This document shows, in pieces, positions 28,800 to 41,303 of a DNA stretch of 64,000 nucleotides. The translations under genes and the position numbers were made by a program. The notes beneath the pieces are model-generated. The model was not told where the DNA came from, made no database searches, and saw only the letters and a list, made by a program, of their open reading frames with translations. This stretch comes from Geosiphon pyriformis uo1 (lineage: Eukaryota > Fungi > Glomeromycota). Each line of letters begins with the position of its first letter. Position 1 is the stretch's first letter. The stretch lies in NCBI GenBank assembly GCA_016748015.1, contig JAAOMT010000785.1, positions 62,001 to 126,000 on the forward strand. Reading direction: 5' to 3'.

Positions 28800-29782
28800 A
28801 TGTCTTCAATTTCAGACATCTGGGAAATATCAGATGATGATGAGACAAAGGATGTTTTTTACGACAAAAAGATCGCTTCACGCGAATGGGAACGAATGAA
28901 TGAAGCCTTTGGGAATGTGAGTTGTGATTTTCATGCTCGATATAAGAACACAATGGCAATTTAAATCCAATTAATACTTGTCATAATAGCTTGGGTACAA
29001 AGATGGTATCCTAGAAGGTAAAGAAACCACATTACAACGTGGATTTGATATTGGATACATGGAGGGAATGATTATTGGAAAAGAATTGGGACGAATACGC
29101 GGTGTGTGCAAGTGCGTATACAATCTCGTATTAATACGGGCATCTGTATTATCCTTGTAATTGACATCTAACAGAGTATTTTTTCGAAGCACGATACTTG
29201 AATTTTACACCTCTAAAAAAAAGCTCGCAACTGAGACCGACACAACACAATCTCCTTCCATGCTAAATCCAGATTCACAACTTCTTGTTCGTCTACGATC
29301 TTTGGAGCGTGATTTAGCAAAAATCACTTATGATGACTTGTTTACAAAACAACATTTTGAGCAAACGAAAAGTTTAGGAATTGTTGATCATGAAGATGAG
29401 AAAGATTTGAAGCCGGATCTTGAATTTAGAAATCATATGCAATCTTTTCACGGTGATGAAGATAATAATACCCACCAACTAGAGGAAAAGAAAAAGTCCT
29501 CTTGTTCCCGTTATGATGCTGACATCGGATCTATAAGGGTATGTTGCCAAAATAGTGATTATACATCTGAGATGAAAGAGACAGCTAAAATACTCTAAAA
29601 ATTCATTCGCAAAGCCACGTGATTCGGATCACTTGTTTCCTATCAAAAATAATGATTTTAACTCTTCTGCTATTGGCCCTATCGGAGAACATCCACTCAA
29701 GATTCTTGTCGCCGTCTACCGAGATAAAATGTTCAGCCTTTTAAAAGAATTTGATTTGGATATACCAATCTTTCTTGGATGA
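28800..29782 (+). CDS. YAE1: Yae1 family protein (Fe-S delivery adaptor for Rli1/ABCE1); exons 28800-28916, 28990-29111, 29190-(29598, or 29538 + 29585-29782)
   Basis: REWERMNEAFGN|LGYKDGILEGKETTLQRGFDIGYMEG...G...G matches the deca-GX3 Yae1_N motif. The first two introns keep frame. The C-terminal structure is ambiguous (see findings). Confidence 0.82.
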
Positions 29783-30523
29783 GCATGATTATTGCTTTTA
29801 CCCTATCTTTGGTAGTTATTTTCCATAAATTTGAAAGCCAATTTGAGAGGCAGGCTTTTTGGATGCACTTTTTTCATAGTTTTTATTAGATTCCTATTAT
29901 TTTGCTTCGGGCCCAAAAGTGTCTAATTGCGACGTATCGTCGATTAAAAGAAGGCTACTTAAACACATCTCCTTTATCCTATAATCCCATTTTTATCCGT
30001 CACATCACTCACACACTGCACTTTTGTAACTTGTACCTCCTTTTCAAAACGCCACACATCATTGAGAATAATCCAAAAGGTTAATTCTACTATATTGTGA
30101 GCGTTCTGCAAAGGAGTGTTTACTATCAGCGAACGGTTTAAAACCAAGGATGTAGTTTTTCATCACTCAATTTTGATAATTCATTCGCTGGGTAAGAGAT
30201 GAGATAGCAAAGGGAAGGGTTGTATTCAATGGGATGATAAAAGAATACTCTGAATTACAAAGGAGATTTTTTATGCGACTCAAATTTTGAATGGTGATTT
30301 GTAGAGGATGAAAGAAGATTCACAAAAATGATATTTGTAATTAAACTTTTCAGACAAAACTTTCCTGAATTAGTTTTTTTATTAAAAAAACTAAGTGATT
30401 TGCTAAAACAAGAGCTTTAAACTTCTGAAAATACATTTATGCTTCAAAGGTTGCTCAACAAAAATTATTAAGACGGGAAAATAAGAACTAATAAAACTAA
30501 AAATTCTTAATCCCTCTTACCTT

Positions 30524-32707
30524 CTATCGTATCCTGATTAGAAGATCCACGATTGTTAATTCGATAAGCCGAAATCCATTTTTTGCCGCTTTAATTCTTT
30601 GCCATCTACCAAATTTATGTTCTTGGCCCACTCCAGCTATGAGATATATTTTTCCGTCCTTTTTTGTGTTCACAAATTGAAGAGAATTTACAAAACCAAT
30701 GACAGGTATTTCTGTTAAAAGTTCAAAAGATCGGACTTCATTGATGAGTTTCCAAAGCCGAATGTTCCCATCCCATGATCCAGAGGCAAAAATATCGGTG
30801 TAAGGCAATGCAGCCAGAGATATTATCCAGTAAGGTGATGATAGTGTTCCTTCGCTTTCTGACTTAGTGATTTGGGTACCATGAGCAATATTTTGTACAA
30901 AAATTGGCTTTTTCTTACTCAGGTGCCACAATGAAATGACACTAAAATAGTGAAGTGATCAAGTTTTATCAAAAAAAAATCTCAATATCATCCCAAAATA
31001 TAAAATAAAAAGATCCTTACCCATTATCACCGCCACTCAAAAATTGTTGCTCATCTATTAGAGCGATGGCATCTAAGCTTCCCTCCCTGAAGACTTTGCC
31101 GTCTTCGGTTTCAGATTTTACTCCACCACGAAATACCAATTGTGATTCCTCGACAATCTTCCATAATCTACATGTGCGATCTCTTCCACCAACCGTGACA
31201 CAACGTTCGCGCGCTAGGGCATCAATAGCCGTAACATGGTCTTGATGACCAAATCTAATAATAAAGAAAATACAGAACTTCAAGTTGATCATAGAGAAAA
31301 TGAGAAATGGAATAGAATAACATAAACTTCACGTACAAAGTCTCTATGTAGCTCTTTTGCTCTACATTCCATAACTTAATTGTTCGATCATTTGATGCTG
31401 AATACAGTTGATAAGTGCCTTTTTGAAACACGAGACCCTTGAATTTCAAAATAACAGGATAAATTTCAACTAGACTTTAAAATCCCACTGGCTCACTCGA
31501 AAGATTTTAAGAAAATTACCGTACCGTCACATCATCTTTGTGTTGCTTGAAGCAATGCATCAAAGTTAATTTATTATCTTTCTCGACCCAACTATTTATT
31601 TTCTTATCTTTTCCACCGCTAACCTAGAATGAAAAAACTTTAATGGATGCAAATCGTGACAATAAATGGTCATACCATAAAAATATATTCTCGAAATACA
31701 CATACCAAATATCTTCCATCTGAGCTTAACGCTAAAGACAGAACGGCTTGGGTATGGCCATCGTAATCCTTTAATTCTTTTCTACCACCTGGTAAAACAT
31801 TTAATTTCCTTCCCGTATTTAAATCCCCTTAAATTTTCAAGTGAATTAGGACTAAATAGAAATTCAAGTAAAAGAACTGACTAAATTAAGGAAAATACAT
31901 TTATTGATTGAACCATCTTTTGATCCTGTAAAAAAAAATTCACAAGCGTCTGATGTGGCAATGCATGTGACTGAAAGATCATGGCGTCCGGATTTTATGG
32001 TTTCAGGATTGATAGGAATTTTGACCTAGAAATAAAATTTGAATGGAGTTTAAAATTATTAAGGAAAATAAGTTTTCCAATTTGATGATGTACATAGTAT
32101 TGAGCAGTGAACGTACCTTTTCAGCTATATTACGACGAAGACGACCAGAATTTTCAAGCTATTAAGATAAATAGAAATTTTGAGACAAATAATCAAAAAA
32201 CTTGTTGGGATTGACTAAACTATTAGCCAAAAATTACCACATCCTGTCGCAACCTCTCCCCTATAAGATCACGATCAATTTCAGCCGCATCAAAGCCTTC
32301 CTTATCTACGATCCAATTTAATCAAATAATGGAAATATTCTTCATGCTATTTGAAAAATTTTTAGTGGGAATGCTGTATTTGGCTTACCAAGTCCCTCTC
32401 GTACACTTTCAATGTATTGTTTTGCTAAACGTCTTCTTTTCTCGGCGGGTGTTTCTTTGGTGATTTCGTTTTCGCTAGTATCTTCACTACCACTAGGTTC
32501 CAGTTTCATTTCATCGATCCTGCCAGGCCCAACATCGTCCTCGCTTGAACTAATAGACTCTTCCTCGCTATCTGCCTCTTCATGTTTTCGTTTTTTATGC
32601 GAGTTGGAGTACTGAGAGTTGATCTTGTTTTTGCTTTTAGAAGAACTTGTGTTCTTTGACTTTCTTGTACGAATTTTTTTGGTGGCGAAAAAAGGGTCGC
32701 TCATCAT
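30524..32707 (-). CDS. RRP9: U3 snoRNP-associated WD40 protein Rrp9 (U3-55K), multi-exon
   Basis: MSDPFF start, ETPAEKRRRLAKQYI, GFDAAEIDRDLIGERL, WD40 repeats (LYSASNDRTIKLW, FGHQD, GGRDRTCRLWKIVEESQLVFRG, ASGSWDG) and the C-terminal GVGQEHKFGRW. Confidence 0.93.
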
Positions 32708-33455
32708 CAGGCAAAGTTTTAAGATAAGGATTCAACTGGCCAATTGAAAATTTTATCATTAGCGTTGCGATTTTGAATATTCACTTAGAAATAGAATATG
32801 ATTTTTTTAAAATAAATCAGTAATGCTAAAAAATTAATATCACTCATGTATTTATTTTGTTTGTATTATTATTATTAGTATTATTTTTAATTATCTTACA
32901 TGATTTGACAACAAAATAATATAAATTAAAATTGTTTATTGATTATAAAATTTAATTAAAAAACATGATATTAAATTAAATGAAAATTTAATAAATAAAA
33001 TATAATTTAAAAAATGAATTTCAATTATTTTTGATTATTATCAATTTGTTTTAAAATTATTATTAATATTATTATTAATTAATGTTATTATTTTATGTGT
33101 TTTATAATAATAATAATTTATTATTTTTATTTTTTATTAAATTAAGTATATAATTTTATTAATAAATAATGATTATACAAATATTTAAATTTGTAAATAT
33201 TATTTGTTTTAAAATATTATTATAACCAAAAAAATTTATAATTTGAAAAATATATAATCAAATTTCAAAAATTAAAATGTTAATATTATTTATAAAAAAC
33301 ATTTAATATTATTATGATTAAAAAATACAAAACCAATTAAATTGCTTGTACAATGGGAATTTTGGAAAACGTGATATCACCTAAAACTGTTCTATTTTGA
33401 GTGAGATGTTTGTTGATACTCAATTTTACCAGTCTCTTCCTTTCGACCCTGAAGC

Positions 33456-35323
33456 ATGGAGTTTACTGTATCCGGAACCAATGTTTATGGTATATTACTT
33501 TGACATCAATTGATTTTTTGCTCTTAAAGTTTACGAAGAAAACGGGGAATAATTTGCTGCCTCCAAACTTTTTTTGTCCTTTGATTATAGGCTTCATAAA
33601 AGTAGTAAAAGCTGCAGCTGATTTTGGAAAGAATGTTATACTACACGCTGAACAACAACGGGCATGTGCTCTTCTTTTGTCCCAACACTCCGTCATGGAA
33701 ACCTCGTCGCTTTGATTATTTACTCTGCTTTTCCCTTCCAGGTCGTACTGGCCTCATGTAGTGAAAATTCTACAGGAACATTGTTGATAGTTTTTCCTAT
33801 CAATTTTTTCTCTCAATACACAATCAATAACCAAGACAGGACCGTGCGCAGTCGTGGAGAGCCCTTCGTTGCTGATTTTTCCTTGTCTAGTAACATTGTT
33901 TTCAATCAACCTGGGACTATTTCTATTGAACTCACATCAATGACATTAAAACATGTGCTTACCAAACCACAATACGTTGAATCATGTCAATGGCGTCTTC
34001 AAGGAGGTCCAATAGCTATTGTTGGACGAAAAAATCGGGATCTCTTAATAACAAAATATAATTTGCGTAATGGTATGGTTAATGCCCTGAATGAAGATTC
34101 TTTTTAAAGTTTTAATTCACATTTCTACATCACTCAAATAAAACATAGGATTGACAAAAACGAATCGTATTACATATGCCGTAGTAAGAACCCAATTGCC
34201 TACTTTTAACTTATCATATCGATATCAAATGCAAATACGTTCAAAAATTTTGAGTAGTGCGCTTCAACCTTTCAAAAAAGATGTGAATAGGACAAGAGTT
34301 AAATTATGGACCGAGACCGATAAGCATCGTCGCATTGTTATTGAAACTGATTATAGGCCCGAAGACTTTCAAGATCCTGACTTGAAGATTACATGCACCA
34401 AAGTTATAATCCCTCACAACAATTTTCTTTTGCACACACTCATAGACTGGGTCTATCTCAAGTTTGAAATGCCAGAATACAAGGTAAAACCGAAAGTTAG
34501 AATGGATCAATGTATCTACAGTACAGATTTATTAATTGTCGTTTTATTTTCAGATTTTTATATCTTTAATAAAAAATTTGAGCATTAACAAAAACGACTC
34601 CATTGAAGATCCTGGAGTTCTGATAAACACCGCATTCGGCGCAAATTCAACTGATGTAGCGGAGTATGTATTCTTGTTCTTTCTAATATTATATGCTCCT
34701 CTCATCTTGTCAGTCTCCAACCAATTTACCTTTAAATTTCCCAATATAGCCCAAAACACTTACGAATAACAGCCCAACACGACGAATATCCAATTCAGGC
34801 ATCATGTTATTTACGAGCTGATGCTGTGGTTCAACAACCAAGACTGAATTTAGAAGCGACAATTTCTCTCTTACCGCGAACTTCTACAGCTACTTCTGAT
34901 ACCCCATCGACTCCTCAGCACTCGCGTTCATGGGAAAATATGAGGGACCCTTGGAGAGTCACATCTTCAAATATCGACAATATTGAAACACCCTTCTCAT
35001 ATAACACCGGTTACAACTCAATTCCCACCCCACATACGGCTAGCAATACACCACAATTCACGCGGGAAGGTACTTTAGTTTTAGAGACTGATAACTCCTG
35101 TGCAACTTTTTTGGATTCTGATGACGAATACACTCCACCATCTACACCTTCAAAACGACGACGTGTTGAAAACACTTATTTTGTGGAAAGTACACTAGAT
35201 GATAACGACGAAGACAACGATGAAGAGGAAAATTTTGACTACCAAGCCTTAGATCCCAAAATGAACGAAGATACACCGGGTGCGAGAAAGGCAATCCCGA
35301 TTCGGAAAAGATTATTCATATGA
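33456..35323 (+). CDS. Divergent Rad9/Ddc1-like 9-1-1 checkpoint clamp subunit; exons 33456-33489, 33591-33661, 33742-34072, 34149-34483, 34554-34663, 34750-35323
   Basis: Five introns (second is GC-AG) join one open frame: MEFTVSGTNVYGFIKVVKAAADFGKNVILHAEQQRVVLASCSENSTGTLLIVFPINFFSQY...VESC...NGLTKTNRITY...IRSKILSSALQPF...FEMPEYKIFISL..., then an acidic S/T-P tail. Motif order matches Rad9 as I recall it. Confidence 0.65.
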
Positions 35324-35615
35324 AAATAAATAAAGTGTAGTGCTTCTTATTTTGGAATGTCTTGAGCATTACATTTTTCGTCTATTTATAGCGAAAATTC
35401 ACAAATTTTGAAGAAATATAAATATTTAAGAAAATCGAAACCAAAATCTATCACACTTTTGGGCTGTTGTATCCGTGTGTGAACCTTGTAACGTCTATAA
35501 AATAGTTAGAACATAGATAATCCTAATACAATAAAATAATATTAATTCTAGAATTTCATCTTGCTTCAATATGATCACCGATTTTTTGAACTATTCTTAT
35601 GAAAATGACCTATTC

Positions 35616-36910
35616 TTATTCCTTCCTCACCAATGAATTTGAAAAATCTGGAACTGCGGGTATCACAAACCCGTTATATCGACTTGGAATTGGGGCCCAA
35701 CCGGTCCAATTTTCACTTTCAGCACGATTTACATGGAAACGAGCATGTTGCATCAAAGTATCCTCATCTTGCTTTTTTGCAAGATTTTGAGTCTCGGTAA
35801 ATGCAATATTTTTCTACAATTTAGAAAATGTAACTTTGAATTCAAAAGTCGAGATGCCATTAAAGAATCACAAGGAAATATAAGGCTTAATACATCGTAT
35901 GTCATCAGTTGTTTATATTGTGCAGAAAGTGGGTCAATCATCGGTATGTTGGGAGTGTACTGACTTTCAGTGAAAAGAATAGTATTTCATATTTTAGTCA
36001 AAGTACAATTAGCAACGAATTGACCTCAAATTAACCTTCTACAAGCTGACCTTAAAGTAGGCGAGGGATTGCTGACGACCTGCTGGGAGAATCCTACCCC
36101 TCCGGAATATGCGCCACTAGATATTTCACTCGATATTGCAGTCCCGACGGTGGACCCTAATAAAGTAGCGGTGTGAGGTGGAAATACGAAAAAAATATGA
36201 TGTTTGGGTATTGATGGCAATTGATGATAAAATGATTTAGTTTTTCTTTATTAGCAACCTTTTATAAAGGAATTAGCTCTTGTTTCACGACTTCTTTAAA
36301 GGGTGTCTTCCTTGGTTCTTATTTAACAAAAGTATCAAAGGTGAAATTATGCATTTCCATTATCCTCAATAACATTGCTGGGGTATAGTGACCCATCATG
36401 ATATATTTGGAGGTAATTGTCGTTTGAAAAGAGGACTCGACCACGAAACAACAATACCATCATTACAAGTCTGTGTATTTGAGGCTTCAACCCATCTTAG
36501 TATTTGCTTTGATTCGTTATAGGCCTTACTTAGCTATTGTGATCCACTTCTTCAATTTTAATCTCAAGTAAACCATTTGCTACCTTTAATTTCTTCCCTG
36601 CTTGATTAAAAATGTAATAACCACCTAATCCACCATATGCAACACGTTGTTGCTGTTGTTGAGCTCCGGGGGAAGCGTTAATAGGTCCATTCATCCCTCT
36701 GATTGCTGTAACGTTTCCCAATCCGCCAGTGTTATCACGAAAATTACTAGACATAGAATTCAAACGTTGCGTATGTTGCTGTTGGAATAACTGCCTCTGA
36801 GATAATACTGGGATAGAGTTTGCTCTTGAAGGGCTTGGACGTTGTGTGTCCATAAAAGTCAAACTTGGGCGTTCGGGACTTATGTTGCTCAAGGAGTTTT
36901 TACGGTTCAT
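35616..36910 (-). other. Hypothetical multi-exon gene or pseudogene, structure unresolved
   Basis: Coding-like first exon (MNRKNSLS...YYIFNQAGKKLKVANGLLEIKIEEV). The last three exons splice in frame (STVG...PTLS|QYTPNIPM...TYD|KNIAF...NWTGWAPIP...RKE*). The middle exons cannot be joined without a stop or frameshift. Confidence 0.45.
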
Positions 36911-39900
36911 CCTGCACCCTTCAACGATTAATTTCAAGACAAATGTGTTGATAAATTGCTACAATTTGATGCTATGTGAAATTGGCATGATTGACATGTG
37001 AACAAGAGCACATGTGTGTATTTTTATTTTTAAAAAGGATTTTATTTTTAATTATACATAATTAATTAAAATATTTTAATATACAAGAACTTGCCAAATA
37101 TTTTTAATAAAAATAAATATTGATTTATAATATTTTTAGAATTTTTATTTTATTGTATTTTTTTAAAATAAAATATTTAACTCAAAGATTATATGAATGT
37201 TAAAAAAAAAATTTTGCTATAAAATTTTTTTTAACTTAATAAATTACTTTTGACAATTAAATTAAAAATAAAACTAATAATTATTTAAATTTTTTAAACA
37301 AAATCACGTCAAATCAAAATTTAAATATTTGATCATAAAAAATTAAGAAAATTAAAAACTAAGAAAAATTTATTTAAAAAAAATATAATTTAAAAATAAT
37401 TTTAATAAAATTTTTTAAATAAATAAATAAGTAATTTAAACTAACAAAAAACATGTATTAAAAATTATTATTTTTAAATTTTCTGAGTAATATGGTTATT
37501 TAATTTGTACAAAAAATTAGTTAGCTTATTAAATTACATAAAATAAAATAAAATAAAATAATATACAATAAAAATATTCAAAAATTTAATTGTCATTATA
37601 TTATACTTAAATAAATTTCAAAAATTAATAAAGTAATAAAAAAGTGTTATTATTATTATTTATTATTATTAAAACAACTAAAAATAATTTAAGCAAAAAA
37701 TTTATAATAATCATATAAGAAAAAACCATTAATTCAATTATTTTGATTATTGTTTTTCTAATAGAAGCGAAATAATAATAAAAAGTATGTAAAATCATTG
37801 ATAATATTTTAAATTTTCAAAGTAAATTTCAAAATGAAATAATATAGAGCAGATTTTCTTAATTTTAGTTGTGATAAATTTCAATTGAAATTGTTGTATG
37901 GTGAAGTGATTAATTTTTGGAGCTAAAATTTGAATCACATTCTATGGCAGTCAGCAATAAATTATATGCCTTTTTTGTCAATTCAACTATAACAACCATT
38001 TAAGACTAAAATTTAATGAAAGCTATTTTTGTTGTATATTGCATCTTTCAAAACAGGAAGATAGCTGACTTATTAAGTATTGTTTTTATTTGATCTGAAG
38101 CATAAATAACTGATGTTTGTCTGTATTGGTAAAAATACCATATTGATTCATATAGAAGAAACACATAACGGCATTATACCATAGTACTAATGATCTGAAT
38201 ATATTTTTTAGAATTTTTTTCTTTAATTCGTGAATAGATTTCTCATATTTGTTATGAGATATCAATAAGATTCGAAATTAAAAATTTAGAGTAGTCAAAA
38301 AGTGTGTATGTAAATTATTTTGAGTATGTTTTTTCAATATATTTTATTTTTTCCTTGTTGAATAAAAAAAAATTTTATGAACGAAACTAAAAAGTGATTA
38401 ATTAAGAAAAGAATTAAATAGATAATAATAATAATAATAATAATAATGTAATTGAAACAGAAAAAATAAAAAAGTGGAAAATAATAATACATTTAAAAAA
38501 TAATAAGGTAAATAAAAGAAATTTTAATAATTTTTTTTGAAAAGAGGTTAAAGAAAATAATTAGTAAAAATATCAATTTTTAATAAAAATAAATTATATA
38601 TGTACTATAAAAATTAAATTTTTTAAATCAATTATTCTAATATAAACAAATTTTTTTATGAATATAATTTACAATTTAAGTTATTTAAAATGGTTTAAAA
38701 AAATAAAAAAAATTTATTTTATTTTAAATTTTGCGTATACATTAAAATAATAATTATTTAACATTTATTCTTTACAATACTGAAATATATTTCAATTTTG
38801 TAATTATTATCAATATATATTTAATAATAATAAAAAAACAATGGTTTAATAATTTGAATAATGTAATATTAATTTACGATATTTTTATATATTAAAATAT
38901 ATCATGTTAATTAGTTAATAATGGTATTTAAAATAAATGATAAATTTTTAATGAAATATAAATAATTTATTAATTACGCTATATTTTTTAATAAATAGTA
39001 TATTTCGTTTTTTGAATACTTTATTAATAAGCCAATTATAAAATAAAAAATAAAAAATTTCAAAAATTTTTTATTATTACCAATTTTTCTATGTTTAATT
39101 TACATTATTTTAATAAAGTTAATTTAAATGAAAATTTATTTAATTAAAAAATTTAAAAACATTTTTTTATTATTAATAGAATATTGAGAATTCATTACAA
39201 AAATTTTTATTTAATGATTTATAAATATACTTGAATATATTAATAAATAACAAATAATTTATAACAAGTTTGTAAAACAAAAAATTAAATTTATATTATA
39301 ATTTTTAAAATATATATTTTTATCAAAATTAATTAAATATTGTTTATCATTTTATAAATTTTTATGAATAAATAATAAAAATATTTAGTTTTTAAGAATT
39401 TAAAGCAAATAATAATTACCCAATTTTGAAAAAACAAACAAACAAACAAATCTTGGAATCATTTAATATAAAATAAATTTAATACAATTAAAACAAAAAG
39501 ATTATAATTATAAATTCTGTTTACTAAATATTTTTTTTAAAAAATAAATGAAGAAATTAATTCGAGTAAAAGATTTAATTTGAATTTAAAATTTAATACA
39601 ATCTAAATGTATTTTTGTTTTCACTGATTATATATTATTTTAAAGAGAATATTCCAAAAAATTGTATTTCTGTTAAATGATGTGTAAATTCTTGAATATA
39701 TTGAAAATGAAAATTTAATCTAAAGGGATTTATTGGAAAAAAAAATTGGCAAAATTTTTAGAGTTTTATGTTTAATAATTTGAGTTTATTAAATATTGAT
39801 TTGCTGCTAAAAACTAACGTATTTTCAACCACTGGCAATGAAGTTGTAATATACTATTCAAATTCAAATTCAAATTCAAATTCAATGAATCAAATATTAA

Positions 39901-41207
39901 GATAAGTTTAAATATTAATACTGAATACATAAATATTACTTTTAAAAGCATTGTTTAGCAGCGTTTGCCTTGTTCAATTCCATGTGACCCAGCAGCCTGT
40001 AAGTTTGAGCATCGATAATTATTGAGGTTTTATTATTTTGAAATAAAATAGATTCAATTTTAACTATAGTGAAACAAAAAAAAATGATGTTCAAGGAATT
40101 AAGTATTGCCTAGCCAAAATTTTTCATAGAGCTAAACGTATATAGTATTTGAAGGATTCCTAAAGTTTAGTTCTGAAAATTTCTATACCTCGACTTTCCC
40201 TTCTCCATTCTAAAATTTGAAAGGGTAATGCAAGATCTTTTTGACCACTCCTGAAACGGAGGGCAACCACTTGCAATTTCGCAGAGAAAGACGCTCAACG
40301 AATAAATATCAAAAGCTTTACTATGTCACAATGGTGAATGGTGAATGGTGAATGGTGAATCGTGGCAATGAACTGGGCCTGTGAATGAAAACTAAGGAAA
40401 AGGGTTATTTTCTAGTGAAAGAATTGTATGCACATGAATTGCGTGGGAAAATTTTTAGAGTGATTAAATTTTAAAAGATATATTATTAAATTATGATCAA
40501 TGAAATTTCTCATTTATAAATAAACCAACTCATAAACTTTTGTGTAGTGTCTCTTTTTATTCATACAGATATCCTATGATATCGATTATATTTTCGGCCA
40601 GCTGAGTTTTTTACTAGTCCCCAAGTAGTTTAAATTGATTCCTCAAAGTGTCTCTCTATTCACATATTGTAATATCTCTCCTAAAACCTGAAATGAGGAA
40701 CAATTTAATTGTATTTATTATTAGAAATAGGCAAAAAAAAAGTCCTATTTCAAATTTGAAAAGTTGAATCATTGGTTTGCACTAAGAGAAAATTTAGAAA
40801 TTTTAAATATATTTATTAAGCCAGAAATATATGATATTTAAGTTTTAAAGATACCTCACGCTTGATCATTAGGTGACCTGAGTGGCTTTAGTGTTTGTTT
40901 CAATCTCAATGGCTAGATTAAATTAGCTCTCCAGAATAAAACTCGAATTCTTTGATATATCTTAAATATTAGATCAATAATAACATCAATAATTCATTGA
41001 ATAGGGATTTTAAAACAACAGGATTAATTTTAAATGAGGATGGCCGTAATACCGTATCAATTGTTCCAAGCTTTTTATATAAGCAATCTTATACCGTATT
41101 TGGTCTCATAATTATTGGAGAGGGATCTTGAAGCTATATTTCAAACGGTAACATATTTTAGATTTTTAAATAAGTGGGTATGCGAACATTCCTGTGTTGT
41201 GTATCAC

Positions 41208-41212
<5 letters not shown>

Positions 41213-41303
<91 letters not shown>
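41213..41303. repeat. (TTA)n microsatellite
   Basis: About 30 uninterrupted units. Confidence 0.95.

Noticed and set aside
29783-30523. Telomerase RNA, snR30/U17, SRP or RNase P/MRP identity for the structured region
   Set aside because: No CTAACCCT template on either strand. AGATTCCTA only partly resembles the snR30 m1 motif, with no properly placed m2/ACA. No SRP helix-8 or P4 consensus found.
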